From Dehalococcoidia bacterium (GTDB lineage: Bacteria > Chloroflexota > Dehalococcoidia > Lucifugimonadales > UBA3495), in the NCBI GenBank assembly GCA_045562555.1, contig JBJKVO010000016.1, positions 48,474-112,473 on the forward strand: a stretch of DNA of 64,000 bases, in the 5' to 3' direction. Made by a program: the position numbers and the translations under genes. The notes under the pieces are model-generated. The model worked only from the letters and a program-made list of their open reading frames with translations, did no database searches and was not told the origin of the DNA. Shown here piece after piece: positions 47,737 to 56,235 of this stretch (within the stretch, counting starts at the first letter, position 1; each line of letters starts with the position of its first letter).

Positions 47737-48298
47737 GTCCAGTGACGCAGTGAACGCTATCAACTATCACAGGAATGAGAGTGTCGTTGTATCCACTTCA
47801 CAAACTTTAAAGGATTGGCAATTAGTCTCTGATCAAAGGCATCTTGATATAGATCTCGTAGACTGTATGGATAAGGCTCCCTCTGTCGGGTTAGGTATTT
47901 CATTAGCTTCACAGAATCGAAAAGTATTGGTTCTTGATTGTGATTCCACCATACGCACCGATATCGGATGTCTAACAACAGTAGGAGAGAGTGCTCCTGA
48001 AAACTTCGTGCATTTTGTGTTTAATGATAAAACCTTTCATTCCACTGAAGGGTTGCCAGTGCGAGGGTTTGATCGGATAGATATAGGTGCTATGGCCTTA
48101 GGAGCGGGTTACGAAAAGTCATACTCTTTTTCTAATTTGGAAGACCTGCTGATAGGAATGGAAACCGTAATGCAAGATACTGGTCCAGTGATGGTTGTTA
48201 TAGACGTTGAGTTTGATGGTTACAACGTTAGCTATCCTGACGGTGTCAGCTCCGATAGCTGGGATAGAGTGAGGGAATCTCTTAAGGATCAGGTGTAG
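47729..48298 (+). CDS. Degenerate paralog of the TPP-decarboxylase beta subunit (cofactor motifs lost)
   Basis: 189 aa, collinear with 46912-47496 (FSFDNLEDLVTGIDEVFSTEGPVFI versus YSFSNLEDLLIGMETVMQDTGPVMV). However GAMG becomes DCMD, LDGDGS becomes LDCDST, and FDNGAY becomes FNDKTF. Confidence 0.65.
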   Translation: MIKSSDAVNAINYHRNESVVVSTSQTLKDWQLVSDQRHLDIDLVDCMDKAPSVGLGISLASQNRKVLVLDCDSTIRTDIGCLTTVGESAPENFVHFVFNDKTFHSTEGLPVRGFDRIDIGAMALGAGYEKSYSFSNLEDLLIGMETVMQDTGPVMVVIDVEFDGYNVSYPDGVSSDSWDRVRESLKDQV

Positions 48299-49061
48299 TT
48301 GGGCATACAATTATTTGTTTGGCTACGTCAAATCCCATTGAAACTTCTGAGCTACGTGTAGCTACTCTTAATACTGATATGGTTTCAGCAGACTCTATGG
48401 TGACGACCTCTTCCCCTGGAACTAATATCGAATCTGCTAGATATTTCACTAAGTCCTTTGCTTCTTGGGGTATTCTGATCACTCTATATGGTTGGCCTAT
48501 GTTAGTCTGCGTGAGGTCTATCGCTCCGATTGGAAGTATAGGTTCTCCTGAACCTGGTATAGCCCTGCCAAAAGGGGACCTTGTCGGATAGTCTAAAGTT
48601 TGTGCTAGGTGATGTTGAAACGCTAATGACATACCATGCTCTAATCGGTGGGCTTCTTGGTGTGCGTCAGTGAGGTCCATATTCAGTACACCTACAACAA
48701 GACATTCTGCTAGACGATGTCGCCGAACGATGTCTTCCGCTTCGTTGAAGCCTGAGTCTGTCAAAAGAATCTTCTTGTCGTCACTGAAAGATATGAGGTC
48801 TTGTTTTTGAATTCTTCCGACCATTGCTGTTACTGAAGGCAGGGAAGTTCCTATGCCTTCTGACTCAGGAAGGTCTTTAAGAGACTGGGCTAATTGGGTA
48901 ACTGTAGGAAACAGGTCCTCTTCCCAGAGGGAGTAGATTGCTAACAAGTAATTTTCAGTGCTTTGTGATAGTCTGCTAGCTTCTGTACTTGAGCTAATTC
49001 TGTCAAAATGGCTTAGGCGCATGTGGCAATAGATTTTAGATGTTTTGGGAGTGATATTCAT
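48282..49061 (-). CDS. DtxR/MntR-family metal-dependent transcriptional repressor with a C-terminal FeoA/SH3-like domain
   Basis: STENYLLAIYSL (wHTH start), metal-site region HRLAECL...AHQEAHRLEH, and a C-terminal beta-rich domain. The true start may be the ATG at 49022. 4-nt overlap with the upstream ATPase gene if it starts at 49061. Confidence 0.8.
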   Translation of the reverse strand: MNITPKTSKIYCHMRLSHFDRISSSTEASRLSQSTENYLLAIYSLWEEDLFPTVTQLAQSLKDLPESEGIGTSLPSVTAMVGRIQKQDLISFSDDKKILLTDSGFNEAEDIVRRHRLAECLVVGVLNMDLTDAHQEAHRLEHGMSLAFQHHLAQTLDYPTRSPFGRAIPGSGEPILPIGAIDLTQTNIGQPYRVIRIPQEAKDLVKYLADSILVPGEEVVTIESAETISVLRVATRSSEVSMGFDVAKQIIVCPTTPDP

Positions 49062-50251
49062 ATTACCTCCTCGATAAGTTTATCCATCAAGAATGTTTTT
49101 AGAGTGTGTCCATCTCTAATGCTTATAGATACTGGTTGCCCTGATTGGTATTCAGAGGTGTGAGGCATTAAGCTTCTGAGAAGTGCTCCTGAGTGCAATT
49201 TTACTATATATAAATAGAATGCCCCATAAAATTCTCTGGAAACAATTGTTCCGTGTCCGACTTCAGAGAGTTCAAGCTGGATGCAGTCTGGCCTACTCAT
49301 GAATGCAAGCCCGTTTTTGTCATCCTGTATTTGCTGAACGACGTATGGGTTTTGGACAGATACAGTATTGAATTCCGACTGTAACTGATACCCTCGGAGA
49401 TCGCAAGGAATAAAATCTACCGCTCCCATGAATTCGGCTACGAAACGTGTGCGAGGAGAATGGAATAATTCTTCAGGTGTTCCGTATTGCTCAATGGAGC
49501 CATTATTCATGACGGCTATCGTATCTCCAAAGTACATAGCTTCTTGCTGATCGTGAGTCACAAAAATAGTAGTTATACCCGCGGTTCTGACAATTTGTCT
49601 TACTTCTTCTCGTATTTCTGCCCTTAAGGCTGAATCCAGAGATGAAAATGGTTCGTCCATTAGCAGTAACTCTGGGGAATTAATTAAAGCTCTTCCGAGG
49701 GATACCCTTTGTTGTTGGCCTCCGGATAATTGATTGGGGTATCTGTCTCTCAAATCTGACATGCGTACTACTTCTAACATGTCATCTATTTTCTGTGGGT
49801 TAGGATCTGATTTTGGTAAAGCAAACTCGAGGTTTTGTGCAACTGTCAAATGAGGGAACAATGCTCCATTCTGGAATACCATCCCAATGTTTCGTTGATT
49901 CGCTGGCTTGGAAAATGATTTGTCTGCTATTCGTGTTTGTTCAAGGTAGACTTCTCCGTCCGTTGGGTGTTCAAATCCTGCTATGATGCGTAGAGTCGTT
50001 GTTTTGCCACAGCCGCTTGGTCCAAGTAATGCAATAACCTCTCCGCTTTGGATGTCTAGATTAACTGCATTAAGCGCAGGAAATGTCCCAAACAATTTTG
50101 AAACACGGTGAAGTTTAAGAGCAGGTGGCAGGGGACTAGCAGACGGATAGTCGTTCGAATCTCTCGGCTTTCTTCTCCAGCCTAAGTCCCGGAATACCCT
50201 TCCAGCTCCAGTCCCGCAGAAACTTTTAATGTCGTCCCAGCTTGTGGTCAT
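49058..50251 (-). CDS. ABC transporter ATP-binding protein, Fe(III)/polyamine importer type (FbpC/PotA-like)
   Basis: Walker A GPSGCGKTT, signature LSGGQQQR, Walker B LLMDEP, and a C-terminal TOBE-like domain. The ATG at 50251 is preferred; the track start is 50302. Confidence 0.85.
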   Translation of the reverse strand: MTTSWDDIKSFCGTGAGRVFRDLGWRRKPRDSNDYPSASPLPPALKLHRVSKLFGTFPALNAVNLDIQSGEVIALLGPSGCGKTTTLRIIAGFEHPTDGEVYLEQTRIADKSFSKPANQRNIGMVFQNGALFPHLTVAQNLEFALPKSDPNPQKIDDMLEVVRMSDLRDRYPNQLSGGQQQRVSLGRALINSPELLLMDEPFSSLDSALRAEIREEVRQIVRTAGITTIFVTHDQQEAMYFGDTIAVMNNGSIEQYGTPEELFHSPRTRFVAEFMGAVDFIPCDLRGYQLQSEFNTVSVQNPYVVQQIQDDKNGLAFMSRPDCIQLELSEVGHGTIVSREFYGAFYLYIVKLHSGALLRSLMPHTSEYQSGQPVSISIRDGHTLKTFLMDKLIEEVI

Positions 50252-50454
50252 TCCTTTAAAGTCCTTCACACATATATATATTCCTATTATAACATGAGAC
50301 ACTTATCAAGTTTGTGTTTGCGTCCTTACTTAAATGATAAGTTGGGCTAAGGTGAATAGCATTAGGAGTGATAATCAAAATGACGTACAGAGAAACCTTA
50401 AAAATTAGTAATAGTGTCAATATATAATAGTGCACGCGAATACAATATTTAGGA

Positions 50455-50484
50455 TTGACGTTTATGAGAGTTAGTATATACTAA
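50455..50484 (+). promoter_or_regulatory. Promoter (TTGACG-16 nt-TATACT) overlapped by a perfect 14-bp palindrome TTAGTATATACTAA (candidate DtxR-family operator)
   Basis: -35 at 50455-50460, -10 at 50477-50482, palindrome at 50471-50484. The TTAG...CTAA arms recall the IdeR/DtxR box. It lies 36 nt upstream of the binding-protein ATG, and the DtxR-family gene is in the divergent operon. Confidence 0.55.
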
Positions 50485-50519
50485 GTTAGAAGTCAAGACA
50501 TGTACGGAGGTTTATCGCC

Positions 50520-51683
50520 ATGTCATATAACCAAACCGGCCTTTATAGGTCATTAATATCCGTGATTACAATTGGGGCTATATTAGCTTTAGCCGTGGTA
50601 TTGACCGGATGTAATACACCCGCTACAACAACGGAAGTAGTGGAAACTCAAGTAGTAGTTCCTCAGGAGAAAGTAGTCGAAGTAGCGACTGAAAAAATTG
50701 TTGTGGAGACACAGGTAAAGAAAGTTGAAGTTCCTGGCCCTGTTGTCGACAACACTAAAAGGCAACTAATACTTTATTCCGGCAGAAGCGAAAGCTTGGT
50801 AGCTCCAATAATTGCAAAATTTGAGGCTGACACTGGAATTACAGTAAAAGCAAAATTTGCTAAGAGCGGAGTGATTGCGGCAACCATACTGGAAGAAGGT
50901 GGTAACACTTTCGCCGACGTGTTTTATTCACAAGACCCTGGTTCTTTAGGATTGGTTCAAGATATGTTGCAACCTTTACCTAATGGAATTTTTGCTGGGT
51001 TTGATGAATGGACTTATCCTGCTGACAAAACTTGGGCAGGTATCACCGCTCGAACTAGAAACGTTGTATACAACACAGACGCTGTAGATCCTAAAGATCT
51101 TCCAGACGATATGTGGGGTTATCACGACGCGAAATACAAAGGCAAGATCGGCTGGGCTCCTACCAACTCGTCATTCCAAACGATGGTATTGGCAATGATT
51201 AACGAGTGGGGTGAAGACAAAACAGCTGAATGGCTGCGAGGTATTCAAGCCAACGACCCTGGCGTATATCCAAAAAATACTCCAATTGTTGCAGCAGCAG
51301 CAGCTGGTGAAGTTGAAGTTGGTTTTGTAAACCACTATTACCTACACCGATTCATCGCTGAAGAAGGATTAGGGTTCAAAGCAAGAGGATATCATCCTCG
51401 AGACGGTGGTCCTGGAGCTCTGGCGATGGTATCAGGAGCTGGAGTCTTGGAAACAGCCACAAACGTGGCCGAAGCTCATGAATTCATAGATTATTTGCAA
51501 AAAGAATCTTCTCAGGAATGGTTCGTAGAAAATACCTATGAGTATCCTCTCCTTGATGGCGTCGAGCCAGATCCAAACGCAAGGCCTTGGTCAGAGATCA
51601 AAGTAACTATTGACCGGCCTGATCAATTAGGCGATCTGAGTAGAGCCGTGGCTCTGCTTCAACAGGAAGGCATTCTTCCTTAA
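50520..51683 (+). CDS. Fe(III)-type ABC transporter substrate-binding lipoprotein
   Basis: Signal peptide with lipobox LTGC and a low-complexity linker. The type-II PBP core (LILYSGRSESLVAPII..F...TGI.V) is typical of FbpA/AfuA-like proteins. GGAGG RBS. Confidence 0.8.
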   Translation: MSYNQTGLYRSLISVITIGAILALAVVLTGCNTPATTTEVVETQVVVPQEKVVEVATEKIVVETQVKKVEVPGPVVDNTKRQLILYSGRSESLVAPIIAKFEADTGITVKAKFAKSGVIAATILEEGGNTFADVFYSQDPGSLGLVQDMLQPLPNGIFAGFDEWTYPADKTWAGITARTRNVVYNTDAVDPKDLPDDMWGYHDAKYKGKIGWAPTNSSFQTMVLAMINEWGEDKTAEWLRGIQANDPGVYPKNTPIVAAAAAGEVEVGFVNHYYLHRFIAEEGLGFKARGYHPRDGGPGALAMVSGAGVLETATNVAEAHEFIDYLQKESSQEWFVENTYEYPLLDGVEPDPNARPWSEIKVTIDRPDQLGDLSRAVALLQQEGILP

Positions 51684-51844
51684 AGATCCACTAAGGGCTC
51701 CCGTTTGCATCATCGGGAGTCCTTAACTTGGGCAGGAGCACCTAAAATTCACTTCCTCTCTTCGGTCTATTCTAAGTGCTCCGGTCCTCCTTCCTCCTGT
51801 TGACTTGTGTTGATTACCATATCAAACAATAGTAGGATGGTACG

Positions 51845-53485
51845 ATGTTCTCTAAGGTTCAAAACAGTCTCTATAAAATCCCTGGCATTTCTAAATTTAA
51901 ACCTTCATTTAACAAAGCTATTGGTATCCCCGCCACGGTGTTGTTGATTGGCTTACTAATCCCCCCAACTTACCTCTTTTATAGAAGTCTCTCCGGTGAT
52001 GTTGATGTGTTAAGTTTGATGTCCCGACAAAGCCTGTGGACTTCTCTTTTGAATTCTTTAATATTGATGTTCACTGTCTCCCTTACTTCCATTCTAATTT
52101 CTATTCCTTGCGCATGGATAACAACTAGATCTGGTGTTAAAGGGAGAAGCATTTGGGCTGTTGGTTTTGCGCTTCCGTTGGTTATTCCTACCTACGTAGG
52201 TGGCTTCATTGTTGTCATATTTCTGGGCCCTAAAGGAATGCTTCAACAGGTTTTAGAATGGTGTTGTGGGGTTGACCGATTGCCGGCAATATACGGTCTT
52301 TGGGGAGCTACTTTCACATTGGCTATATTCAGTTATCCTTACGTTTACCTGTCTATAAGGTCTGGATTTTTGAAAATGGATAATTCATTGGTCGAAGTAG
52401 CTGAGTCGCTGGGGCTTAGCAAGATATCTATATTCTTTAAAATTATTCTTCGGCAACTGGTGCCGTCAATACTCGCTGGCACATTATTAGTGTCTTTATA
52501 CGTATTGAGCGACTTTGGGGCCGTGTCACTTCTAAGATATAAAACATTTTCATGGAGTATATTCATACAGTATGGTACTGCGTTGGATCGGAGCGTGGCT
52601 GCAATGTATTCCTCTTTTCTGATCATTGTTGCTGTATCTATAACGATCGGGGAAGCATGGCTCCAAAAGAAAGGGAGATTTGGGACAACCGGCAGCGTGT
52701 CGAATTCATTCCGGATAAGGCAAGCTAACATGGTTAGGAGCATACTCGCGGGCGTGTACGGAACTGTCATTTGTACGGTTTCGGTATGTGCGCCAGTGGG
52801 ATTGTTGATCTATTGGGTAGTCAGAGGAAGTTTGAGAGGAGAAATTTTGAGCATTCCGTGGATTAAAATTTGGAATTCTTTGTATGTAGCTACTCTGGGA
52901 GCACTCTTTGTAACTATTTGTGCGATACCTCTGGTTTATTTCTCATACCGATATAAAGGGTTGATCCCTCGTATCATTTCTTTAGTGGTACCCATAGGAT
53001 TTGCGTTACCAGGTATCTCCGTTGCTCTTGCTTTGGTATTCTTTAGTGCGCAATTACCGAGATGGATATATCAAACAGTCCCTGTCATGATTTTCGCATA
53101 TTTTATTTTATTTATATCGCCTGCCTTCGGGATTGTCCAAAATGGCCTGCGATTAATTAATCCTTCAATAGAAGAAGCATCTTTAAGTCTGGGTAAAAGT
53201 TATTTCACTACTTTTTTCAGGGTTACTTTACCTTTGATGATGCCTAGCTTGACATCTGCTGGCGCCATGGTCTTCCTGTTGATAATGAAGGAACTACCAG
53301 CCACTCTTATATTGGCGCCATTAAATTTTTCGAATCTGGCGACATCTACATGGTCTTACGCAATAGAAGCGTTTTTTGCCAAATCTGCACTGGAAGCGTT
53401 GCTACTTGTTGGATTATCAACAATACCTTTAACTTATCTTATGTATAAAGGTTTCGCTACAGGTGATGTTGACAACCATGTTTAA
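51845..53485 (+). CDS. Fe(III)-type ABC transporter permease (duplicated two-domain FbpB-like)
   Basis: 546 aa with two tandem 6-TM MetI-like halves, each carrying an EAA-type loop (EVAESLGLSK; EEASLSLGKS). Confidence 0.82.
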   Translation: MFSKVQNSLYKIPGISKFKPSFNKAIGIPATVLLIGLLIPPTYLFYRSLSGDVDVLSLMSRQSLWTSLLNSLILMFTVSLTSILISIPCAWITTRSGVKGRSIWAVGFALPLVIPTYVGGFIVVIFLGPKGMLQQVLEWCCGVDRLPAIYGLWGATFTLAIFSYPYVYLSIRSGFLKMDNSLVEVAESLGLSKISIFFKIILRQLVPSILAGTLLVSLYVLSDFGAVSLLRYKTFSWSIFIQYGTALDRSVAAMYSSFLIIVAVSITIGEAWLQKKGRFGTTGSVSNSFRIRQANMVRSILAGVYGTVICTVSVCAPVGLLIYWVVRGSLRGEILSIPWIKIWNSLYVATLGALFVTICAIPLVYFSYRYKGLIPRIISLVVPIGFALPGISVALALVFFSAQLPRWIYQTVPVMIFAYFILFISPAFGIVQNGLRLINPSIEEASLSLGKSYFTTFFRVTLPLMMPSLTSAGAMVFLLIMKELPATLILAPLNFSNLATSTWSYAIEAFFAKSALEALLLVGLSTIPLTYLMYKGFATGDVDNHV

Positions 53486-53858
53486 GATGGATTGGGAAGT
53501 TGGCGATGATATTTTAATAGGGTGGCCTGACCATGGAAGAGCTCCTCAGAAATTTCAACTCGTGGAAGTTCAAATTGAAGGGCCGGTATTTCGGGGACGA
53601 GTGACCGATGGCAACAAAGAAGGTGGATTTATGATAATCGTAAATTGCCCTGATGTTGTCCTAGAACAAATAGCAGATGCAGCTTCTGCTAAAGTGGGAT
53701 TCAAAGTAATAGCTTCGTCGCTAAGATGCTTTGTTGATTCTGAGATATTTAGGAGCTTGGACTATGAATGGTATCCTACTCCAGAATACGCGAATCGCCC
53801 CCGGGATCTGACGACCGCTGTGTGTGAAATAAGTAATGAGATTTTCCCGATTGCATAA
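53463..53858 (+). CDS. Hypothetical protein
   Basis: 131-aa ORF overlapping the permease 3' end. Several possible starts (53463-53487). No motif recognised. Confidence 0.45.
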   Translation: MMLTTMFKMDWEVGDDILIGWPDHGRAPQKFQLVEVQIEGPVFRGRVTDGNKEGGFMIIVNCPDVVLEQIADAASAKVGFKVIASSLRCFVDSEIFRSLDYEWYPTPEYANRPRDLTTAVCEISNEIFPIA

Positions 53859-53922
53859 ATTGAAATTGAGAACTAGCGTGTTATGATAACAGGTATAGAT
53901 AATAGGAATTACAGGAGGATTT

Positions 53923-54285
53923 ATGAAAAAAGTAACAATGAGTGATATACCCCGAACAGAGGCGACTGCGCCATTATTTACTGGTAATGTTGGCAGGCAA
54001 GCTATTTTGAACCCAGAGGACAGTTCTAATTTTAATTTTGGGATTGTAGCTTTTCCGGCAGGCATTAGAAATAAATTCCACAAACACAGTGGCGACCAAA
54101 TACTAATTGTCACCGAAGGTACAGGCACCGTTGCAACCGATAATGAAGAATTAGAAGTCACAGAGGGTGACGTAATATTAATTCCTGCTGGTGAAAACCA
54201 CTGGCATGGAGCACCAGGTAACACAGCTATGGCTCATATAACAATTACCGTGAATGGTAGTGAAACTGAACAAACAGAGGCTTAA
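53923..54285 (+). CDS. Cupin-domain protein
   Basis: 120 aa. The HKHSGDQILIVTEG...GDVILIPAGENHWHGA two-motif pattern is a cupin metal site. GGAGG RBS. Confidence 0.8.
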   Translation: MKKVTMSDIPRTEATAPLFTGNVGRQAILNPEDSSNFNFGIVAFPAGIRNKFHKHSGDQILIVTEGTGTVATDNEELEVTEGDVILIPAGENHWHGAPGNTAMAHITITVNGSETEQTEA

Positions 54286-54290
54286 TGTAA

Positions 54291-54326
54291 TAACTGAGTA
54301 TAGCTCCTAAAAGCTATACTCAGTTA
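54291..54326. terminator. Perfect 15-bp inverted repeat between convergent genes (bidirectional terminator-like hairpin)
   Basis: TAACTGAGTATAGCT (54291-54305) pairs with AGCTATACTCAGTTA (54312-54326) across a 6-nt loop. It sits exactly between the stops at 54285 and 54328. There is no strong U tract on either side. Confidence 0.5.
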
Positions 54327-54327
54327 A

Positions 54328-55236
54328 TCAAGACTTGTCTATGAACTCCGCCATGGTATCTATTGTTTCGTTTAAAGATCGACTTCTGTCCTGACTCTCA
54401 GGGGTCTCGTTTCCTAGCGGGGTATCTCCAATCATTTGGTACATTTCAGATACACCGTTAAAAATGTTTCCGGTCATTCCGAGTTCTTCAAAAGTTGCTG
54501 CGATTTCTTTCATTTCACTGACCCATCTTCTTGCCTTTGCAGGCATTGTAGGGATCCATTTTTCCATCCTAGTGTATGCATCCATTTGCGTAGTTGTAAA
54601 TTCTTCAGCAAGTTGCTCTGAAACACCCATTTGAGAAGCTGCTAACAACAGTTCAGTGTAAAGAGCAGTCGATCCTTTGGTCATCGCGGCATAAGTCATC
54701 TTGATCGCTGACGCTTGGCCTATACTAGATCCAAGATATTTCAGATCTAGACCGAATTCTGTCAAAGTGGAAAAATCTTCAGTGTCTTCCCCACTATAAT
54801 ATATATGGGGACTTTTCCCGGGAATTCCAGATGTTGTGTCACCTCTGGATGGAGGTCCTCCTATTATTGAACCGTCTATGTATGTACATCCAGCGTCTGT
54901 CATTAGGGTTTGTAGATCTTTGGATTTTTGAGGCGAGATTGCGTTGCATTCCGCAAAAATAGGGTAGGATTGTGTTTCTCGGGCCGCTGTTGCTATTTGC
55001 TGGCATACTTCTTCTACAATTTCTGATACCGTGATCGATAGAACCACATCAACGGTCTGGACGAGATCGTTGAATGTTGGCAAGTCTATGATCCCCGCTT
55101 GTTCTGCGAGAGCTTTGGTACGGGAGCTTCTGTTGGCAAGACATGTGTACACGCTCGCTCCATTAGAAATTAGCAACCTCCCTATTGCTGACCCCATGTC
55201 ACCGGGGCTAATAATTGCGATATTGTTCAGGCTCAT
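54328..55236 (-). CDS. NAD(P)-dependent oxidoreductase (beta-hydroxyacid/6-PGDH-like N-domain plus DUF1932-like C-domain), copy 1
   Basis: N-terminal IAIISPGDMGSAIG dinucleotide fold. 302 aa. A tandem paralog lies immediately upstream. Confidence 0.72.
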   Translation of the reverse strand: MSLNNIAIISPGDMGSAIGRLLISNGASVYTCLANRSSRTKALAEQAGIIDLPTFNDLVQTVDVVLSITVSEIVEEVCQQIATAARETQSYPIFAECNAISPQKSKDLQTLMTDAGCTYIDGSIIGGPPSRGDTTSGIPGKSPHIYYSGEDTEDFSTLTEFGLDLKYLGSSIGQASAIKMTYAAMTKGSTALYTELLLAASQMGVSEQLAEEFTTTQMDAYTRMEKWIPTMPAKARRWVSEMKEIAATFEELGMTGNIFNGVSEMYQMIGDTPLGNETPESQDRSRSLNETIDTMAEFIDKS

Positions 55237-55308
55237 GAGTTTCCTCTTTTATAATATTTAAATTATTTTGAATGGCTACATCAGCTATTCAATATATCAT
55301 ACTTCTTA

Positions 55309-56223
55309 TTAATCTTTGTGTTGCTGTATGAAGTCGGCGATGGTATCTATGGTTTCGTCTAAACCACGATTGGGATCTTGGCTTTCTGGTGTTTCATTTC
55401 CAATAGGTGTGCTACCAATCATATGGTACATCTCTGAAACTCCTTTGAATATATTTCCTGTCATTCCCAATTCTTGAAAAGTCGATTCAATCTCTTTCAT
55501 TTCACTGACCCACCTGCGCGCTTTGGCGGGCATACGTGGAATCATTTTGTTCATGCGATTGTAAGTATCCAATTGAGTGGTGGTAAATTCTTCAGCGAGT
55601 TGCTCTGCTATCCCCATTTGGGATGCGGCTAACAATAATTCAGTATAGAGGGCGGTTGTTCCTTTATTCATTGCTGCATATGCCATTTTGATCCCCGAAG
55701 CTTGTCCTATGTGAGGTCCAAGATATTTTAGATCTAACCCAAATTCAGCTAATGAGCAAAATTCGTCAGTCGAAGGTCCACTATAGTACACTCGGGGGCT
55801 TTTCCCTGCCATCCCTGACATGGTTCCGCCTCTGGAAGGAGGGCCTCCTAATATGGAAGCGTCTACGAACTTGGAACCAACGTTCTTCATTATGCCTTCA
55901 AGTTGTTTGCATTTTTCAGGTGAGATTGCATTGCAATCGACGAACACAGGATAACTGTCAGTGCTCCGCATTGCTAAAGCTACTTTTTCACACACTTCGC
56001 CAACGGTGTCTGAGATAGTTATAGATAGCACAATGTGCACGGTATCTATCAATTCTTCTAAGGAAGGTACTTCTATCAGGCCCGCTTTTGCAGATAAGTC
56101 TCGAGTTCTGTCACTTCGGCCTGCGAGGCAGGTATATACTTCCGCTCCGTTAGCAATGAGATACCTGCCTATGTCAGAGCCCATATCCCCGGGACTAATA
56201 ATGGCGATGTTGTTTAGGCCCAT
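55309..56223 (-). CDS. NAD(P)-dependent oxidoreductase, copy 2 (tandem paralog)
   Basis: 304 aa, collinear with copy 1 over its full length. Long identical runs include NNIAIISPGDMGS, ALYTELLLAASQMG, AEQLAEEFTTTQ, MPAKARRWVSEMKEI and GNETPESQD. Confidence 0.72.
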   Translation of the reverse strand: MGLNNIAIISPGDMGSDIGRYLIANGAEVYTCLAGRSDRTRDLSAKAGLIEVPSLEELIDTVHIVLSITISDTVGEVCEKVALAMRSTDSYPVFVDCNAISPEKCKQLEGIMKNVGSKFVDASILGGPPSRGGTMSGMAGKSPRVYYSGPSTDEFCSLAEFGLDLKYLGPHIGQASGIKMAYAAMNKGTTALYTELLLAASQMGIAEQLAEEFTTTQLDTYNRMNKMIPRMPAKARRWVSEMKEIESTFQELGMTGNIFKGVSEMYHMIGSTPIGNETPESQDPNRGLDETIDTIADFIQQHKD

Positions 56224-56235
56224 TTGTTGGTTCTC

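Noticed and set aside
50369-50383. A Fur-box-like sequence, TGATAATCAAAATGA.
   Set aside because: Only the first half-site matches the 7-1-7 Fur consensus, with 4 of 7 matches in the second half. In AT-rich DNA this is expected by chance, so it is mentioned only as a secondary note.
51695-51723. A hairpin (CTCCCG...CGGGAG) after the iron binding-protein gene, considered as a possible terminator.
   Set aside because: The stem is only 6 bp plus a bulged extension, with no downstream T-run. That is too weak to call, although partial attenuation between the binding-protein and permease genes remains possible.
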